Positions 61,387 through 64,000 of a DNA stretch of 64,000 bases are shown here, one piece after another. The position numbers were made by a program, and so were the translations under genes. Below the pieces are notes generated by a model. The model saw nothing but the letters and a program-made list of their open reading frames with translations. It made no database searches and had not been told where the DNA came from. The first letter of the stretch is position 1. Each line of letters begins with the position of its first letter. The DNA comes from Clostridia bacterium (GTDB lineage Bacteria > Bacillota > Clostridia > Oscillospirales > Acutalibacteraceae): NCBI GenBank assembly GCA_017379935.1, contig JAFNVC010000025.1, positions 44,217 to 108,216 on the forward strand, read 5' to 3'.

Positions 61387-62244
61387 TTATATTATCCGCG
61401 TTGCTCTTGCGATCTCCTGACTGTCAACGAAAAGAAGCACATTCGTCATACCGTCAAATACCGCCTCGAATTTCTGTCCGCCGATACATGCCGTAAGGGT
61501 GTGCGCCGACTCTGCCAGCGCCTCGTATTCATCATAAACCATGCCGTTGATAACAAGCTCGTTCGTACGCTTGACACGGCGGAACTCGATATGCTTTCCG
61601 TTATAATCCGCCTGAACGAAAATCCTCGCCTTTGCCTCGGTGTCCGCCATTCTCAGAACAGATGTGTCAGGCTGAAAAGCTGTTTCGCTAACAACTTCAG
61701 CACCGAAAACCTCAGTAACAGGCTCCTCATCAGGCAGATTTTTCATCTTGTTAAATGCATAAACACCCCTGCCGAGCGAAACGAGCACCCAGACGTGGAA
61801 AACGATATCGAAAATCGAATCTGTTCCGATTTCTATTAAAAAGAACATACCTATGGTATCAATTACAAAAAACACAAGTGCAAAAACCAACCAGCCGATC
61901 TTTTTCTTTTTAGCAAAAATCCAGCTGATGAGATAAAGACCAATCATAACCGCCGCCACGGCTATCATCGCAAACAAAAATGCTTTATCATAAAAAATCT
62001 CGTCGCCGTAATAATACTCTGCAGGATACATTCCGCAGAAATACATTCCGTAGTCAACCGCGGCATAGGGCAGAATCGCAGAAAACAAAAAGTATGTATT
62101 TGAATTTAGCAAAAGAAACACAGAGTTAACCGCCGTAAAAGCAACCACAAGAAGTATGTTTGCAATACTGCTTTTATACTGATTTTCAAGAATAGCCTTC
62201 TGAGTCATCGGTGCGGAGGCATTACCCTTTTTAAATAATGACAT
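61387..62244 (-). CDS. hypothetical membrane protein (about 5 TM plus C-terminal soluble domain of about 110 aa)
   Basis: 285 aa with no motif recognised. Driven by two tandem strong promoters in the region shared with the divergent XRE gene. Confidence 0.5.
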   Translation of the reverse strand: MSLFKKGNASAPMTQKAILENQYKSSIANILLVVAFTAVNSVFLLLNSNTYFLFSAILPYAAVDYGMYFCGMYPAEYYYGDEIFYDKAFLFAMIAVAAVMIGLYLISWIFAKKKKIGWLVFALVFFVIDTIGMFFLIEIGTDSIFDIVFHVWVLVSLGRGVYAFNKMKNLPDEEPVTEVFGAEVVSETAFQPDTSVLRMADTEAKARIFVQADYNGKHIEFRRVKRTNELVINGMVYDEYEALAESAHTLTACIGGQKFEAVFDGMTNVLLFVDSQEIARATRII

Positions 62245-62273
62245 TTTTCTCTCTCCTTTGTTTTTATATCCCC

Positions 62274-62302
62274 ATATTAGACCCGTTTTTATAAATTGTC
62301 AA
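62274..62302 (-). promoter_or_regulatory. promoter P1 for the membrane-protein gene (TTGACA-17-TAATAT)
   Basis: Minus strand: -35 at 62297-62302, -10 at 62274-62279. Confidence 0.55.
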
Positions 62303-62333
62303 GATATCAGCATAAAGGGCAACGCCTTTGCAA

Positions 62334-62352
62334 ATATCCCATATCGGGATAT
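62334..62352. promoter_or_regulatory. inverted repeat ATATCCC-ATATC-GGGATAT (operator candidate)
   Basis: 7-bp arms read directly. Further half-sites are ATATCCC at 62266-62272 and GGGATAA at 62370-62376. Confidence 0.45.
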
Positions 62353-62356
62353 TTTA

Positions 62357-62385
62357 ATTATACCAAAGTGGGATAATATTGTCAA
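62357..62385 (-). promoter_or_regulatory. promoter P2, perfect consensus TTGACA-17-TATAAT, back-to-back with the XRE gene
   Basis: Minus strand: -35 at 62380-62385 (touching the XRE RBS), -10 at 62357-62362. Confidence 0.55.
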
Positions 62386-62396
62386 GAGGTGACGAT

Positions 62397-62603
62397 ATGA
62401 GGCTCAAAGAACTGCGCACAGCAAAGGGAATATCACAGCTCAAGCTGGCACTCGACCTTAATATGAATCAGAACAGCATCAGCCGTTATGAAAACGGAAT
62501 ACGCGAGGCTGACTATGCGACACTGATAAGGTTTGCCGATTATTTCAATGTTTCAATCGACTATCTGCTCGGAAGAACAGACAACCCGACCTTTCATAAA
62601 TAA
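62397..62603 (+). CDS. small XRE-family HTH regulator
   Basis: 68 aa from the ATG at 62397 (RBS AGAGGTGA). 'LKELRTAKGISQLKLALDLNMNQNSISRYENG'. Confidence 0.85.
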   Translation: MRLKELRTAKGISQLKLALDLNMNQNSISRYENGIREADYATLIRFADYFNVSIDYLLGRTDNPTFHK

Positions 62604-62606
62604 GTA

Positions 62607-62639
62607 AAACCGTACTCGACCGAGTACGGTTTATTTTTT
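62607..62639. terminator. bidirectional terminator
   Basis: AAACCGTACTCG..CGAGTACGGTTT followed by ATTTTTT. Confidence 0.8.
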
Positions 62640-63627
62640 AAGTGATGTCCGCTTCAAAAATGCCGATGCTTTCTCTGCCCGTGAGGTTGTTTGAAACGTT
62701 GCGCGCGTTGAAATAAAGACGGAGCTTATTTTCGTGATAAGTCAGACAGCAGGCATAAACATACTGTGCCATCCATTTGCTGTCCCCGCATTTCTGCGGA
62801 ACGAGAAATGGCTTTACAAATTCGAATTTTTCTCCGTCCTCGCTTTTAAGAAGCATAATCGCGGAATGGCTTTTGCCGTCCTTCTCGAAAAGTCCGTTCT
62901 GCAGACCGATGTAGCAATCCCGCAGCTTATAGACCTTAAGACAGCCCGAGCATAAATTCAGCCATTCGACATTTTTATCGGGCGATATAATCGGCTCATT
63001 TCTCGCGGTATAGTCTTTGTTTATCCTTTCACTTTCGGCGAAGCTGATGTGCCTCGGCTCGCAGAAGCCGCAATCCTTGATAAATGTCTGTCCGCAGGAA
63101 TAATAAAGGCGGTAGCCGTTATCCTTTTTTATCAGAAACGGATTGGAAAGCGCCGTGCCGTTTTCGTCGCGCTCATAGTCTCGCGTATTTCTGAGAACAG
63201 GATAAGGCTCGCCCCAGCTGACAAGATCAACACTCTCAACGCAGTAGATTTCGCTTTTCCATTTTACACCGAGAAGCGTCATCGCATTGAGTATAACCGG
63301 TCGCGTCCTCTCATAGAAGAGATAATATCTGCCGTCGATATAATTGATATTCGGGCGCATCGCTCTGCGGACGATTTTACCGCGCTTTTTAAAGTTAATT
63401 CCGTCTGTTCCGTCATAATGAAAAACGCCGAAAAAGGTGTGGCAGAAAAGGTGCCATTTTCCGTCGTGGCTCTCGTCGGGCGTAAGCACGCTCGGGTCCG
63501 CGATAACGAAGCTCGACGGCGGATTGTGAATTATGGGATTACCCTCGTAAAGCTTAAATTCAGCGTTGTTTATATCGTCAAAGCAAAGATTTTTCAAGTT
63601 AATCCCCCTAAACCGCATACAGCACAT
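62638..63627 (-). CDS. predicted beta-propeller glycosidase-like protein (GH43/GH130-like fold), family uncertain
   Basis: 329 aa. Repeated 'hydrophobic-x-DP / W-H-L-F / YYLFY / YRLYYS' blade-like segments. No confident family motif. Start uncertain (63627 or 63618). Overlaps the upstream gene. Confidence 0.35.
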   Translation of the reverse strand: MCCMRFRGINLKNLCFDDINNAEFKLYEGNPIIHNPPSSFVIADPSVLTPDESHDGKWHLFCHTFFGVFHYDGTDGINFKKRGKIVRRAMRPNINYIDGRYYLFYERTRPVILNAMTLLGVKWKSEIYCVESVDLVSWGEPYPVLRNTRDYERDENGTALSNPFLIKKDNGYRLYYSCGQTFIKDCGFCEPRHISFAESERINKDYTARNEPIISPDKNVEWLNLCSGCLKVYKLRDCYIGLQNGLFEKDGKSHSAIMLLKSEDGEKFEFVKPFLVPQKCGDSKWMAQYVYACCLTYHENKLRLYFNARNVSNNLTGRESIGIFEADIT

Positions 63628-64000
63628 GCAGATTGCGGATGTTGTTATCCTTTATTTTATCGTTGACCGAATACGCGTGCATTTCCAGCTCGTTCGACGG
63701 TGCCTTCGTAAGGCTCTGAATCCGCAGCTCCTCGACAACCTGAGCGGAAATATCCTCGATTATTTTCTGCTTTTTCTCCGCCTCGTCCGCCGTGTTTCCG
63801 CTCGAAATAAGATACTCGAGATTTTCGTGCAGACCGCCGAGGATTTCAAGCTCCCTGAGCGCACGGAAGGTCCACTTATAATAAGGTATATATTTTTTAT
63901 TAAGAAGAAAAATCACCTTAAGCGCCGCGTTCACAAACTCACCGACCGCAAGCTGTGCCGCCGCAGTCTCTCCCCTCGCGATGCACCGGCTGTAATTATA
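63608..64000 (-). CDS. DUF4037-like protein, C-terminal part (N-terminus beyond the window)
   Basis: The frame stays open to nt 64000 (..YNYSRCIARGETAAAQLAVGEFVNAALKVIFLLNKKYIPYYKW..). The 'M' at 63934 in the track is an internal GTG. Confidence 0.5.
   Translation of the reverse strand, partial: YNYSRCIARGETAAAQLAVGEFVNAALKVIFLLNKKYIPYYKWTFRALRELEILGGLHENLEYLISSGNTADEAEKKQKIIEDISAQVVEELRIQSLTKAPSNELEMHAYSVNDKIKDNNIRNLHVLYAV

Noticed and set aside
61264-61839. 191-aa plus-strand ORF
   Set aside because: It starts in the AT-rich intergenic region and runs antisense through a terminator and the 3' half of the membrane-protein gene. It has no RBS, and its composition is implausible.
1-64000. 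Scan for rRNA, tRNA, CRISPR arrays, IS or transposase genes, integrases, prophage blocks and long (>50 bp) repeats
   Set aside because: None were recognised by eye. Intergenic regions are short (<320 nt) and are explained by promoters, leaders and terminators. No T-loop (GGTTCGAATCC-like) motifs, no regularly spaced repeats and no DDE or tyrosine-recombinase motifs were seen. A computational scan (tRNAscan-SE, Infernal, minced, ISEScan) would be needed to be certain.

Overview
The window looks like a chromosomal segment of a roughly 50% G+C anaerobic Firmicute (Clostridia; gene content resembles Oscillospiraceae/Ruminococcaceae). No homology search was possible. All product calls rest on motifs and domain signatures read from the translations, and all RNA and promoter calls on sequence read by eye.

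The left half (1-40 kb) is mostly core genome:
- a complete hisGDCBHAF(IE) operon
- prfB, galU and rfbB
- a THF riboswitch upstream of folT
- fucO and rpsF-ssb-rpsR
- the rpmG-secE-nusG-rplKAJL cluster with structured leaders
- a TIGR03960/TIGR03936-type radical-SAM pair
- rplS, two lepB paralogs and rbgA
- an OmpR/HK/HtrA module

The right half (40-64 kb) is accessory-like:
- secreted glycan-active proteins (a metallophosphoesterase-GH43 fusion, GH36-like, DUF4838-like, GH99-like, a Cys-type sulfatase)
- a tightly packed six-gene operon containing a TetM-family ribosomal-protection-like GTPase
- a ClC channel
- a TAXI-TRAP transporter
- three small XRE regulators and a MerR/TipA regulator

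No rRNA, tRNA, CRISPR array, transposase or integrase was seen.

The most interesting items, in order:
1. An XRE-HTH fused to a complete desulfoferrodoxin (2Fe superoxide-reductase) module at 53444-54028. It keeps all Fe ligands but lacks the catalytic Glu-Lys pair, so it may be a one-component oxidant or iron sensor.
2. Next to it, an orphan consensus promoter plus terminator. This implies a transcript of about 130 nt controlled by two palindromic operators.
3. A switch-like divergent promoter region between a small XRE gene and an unknown membrane protein (62.25-62.40 kb).
4. The TetM-like GTPase operon.
5. The metallophosphoesterase-GH43 fusion.
6. The uncharacterised radical-SAM pair.

Several ORF-track starts were corrected using RBS and promoter positions. 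One gene missing from the track (rpmG, 49 aa) was added.
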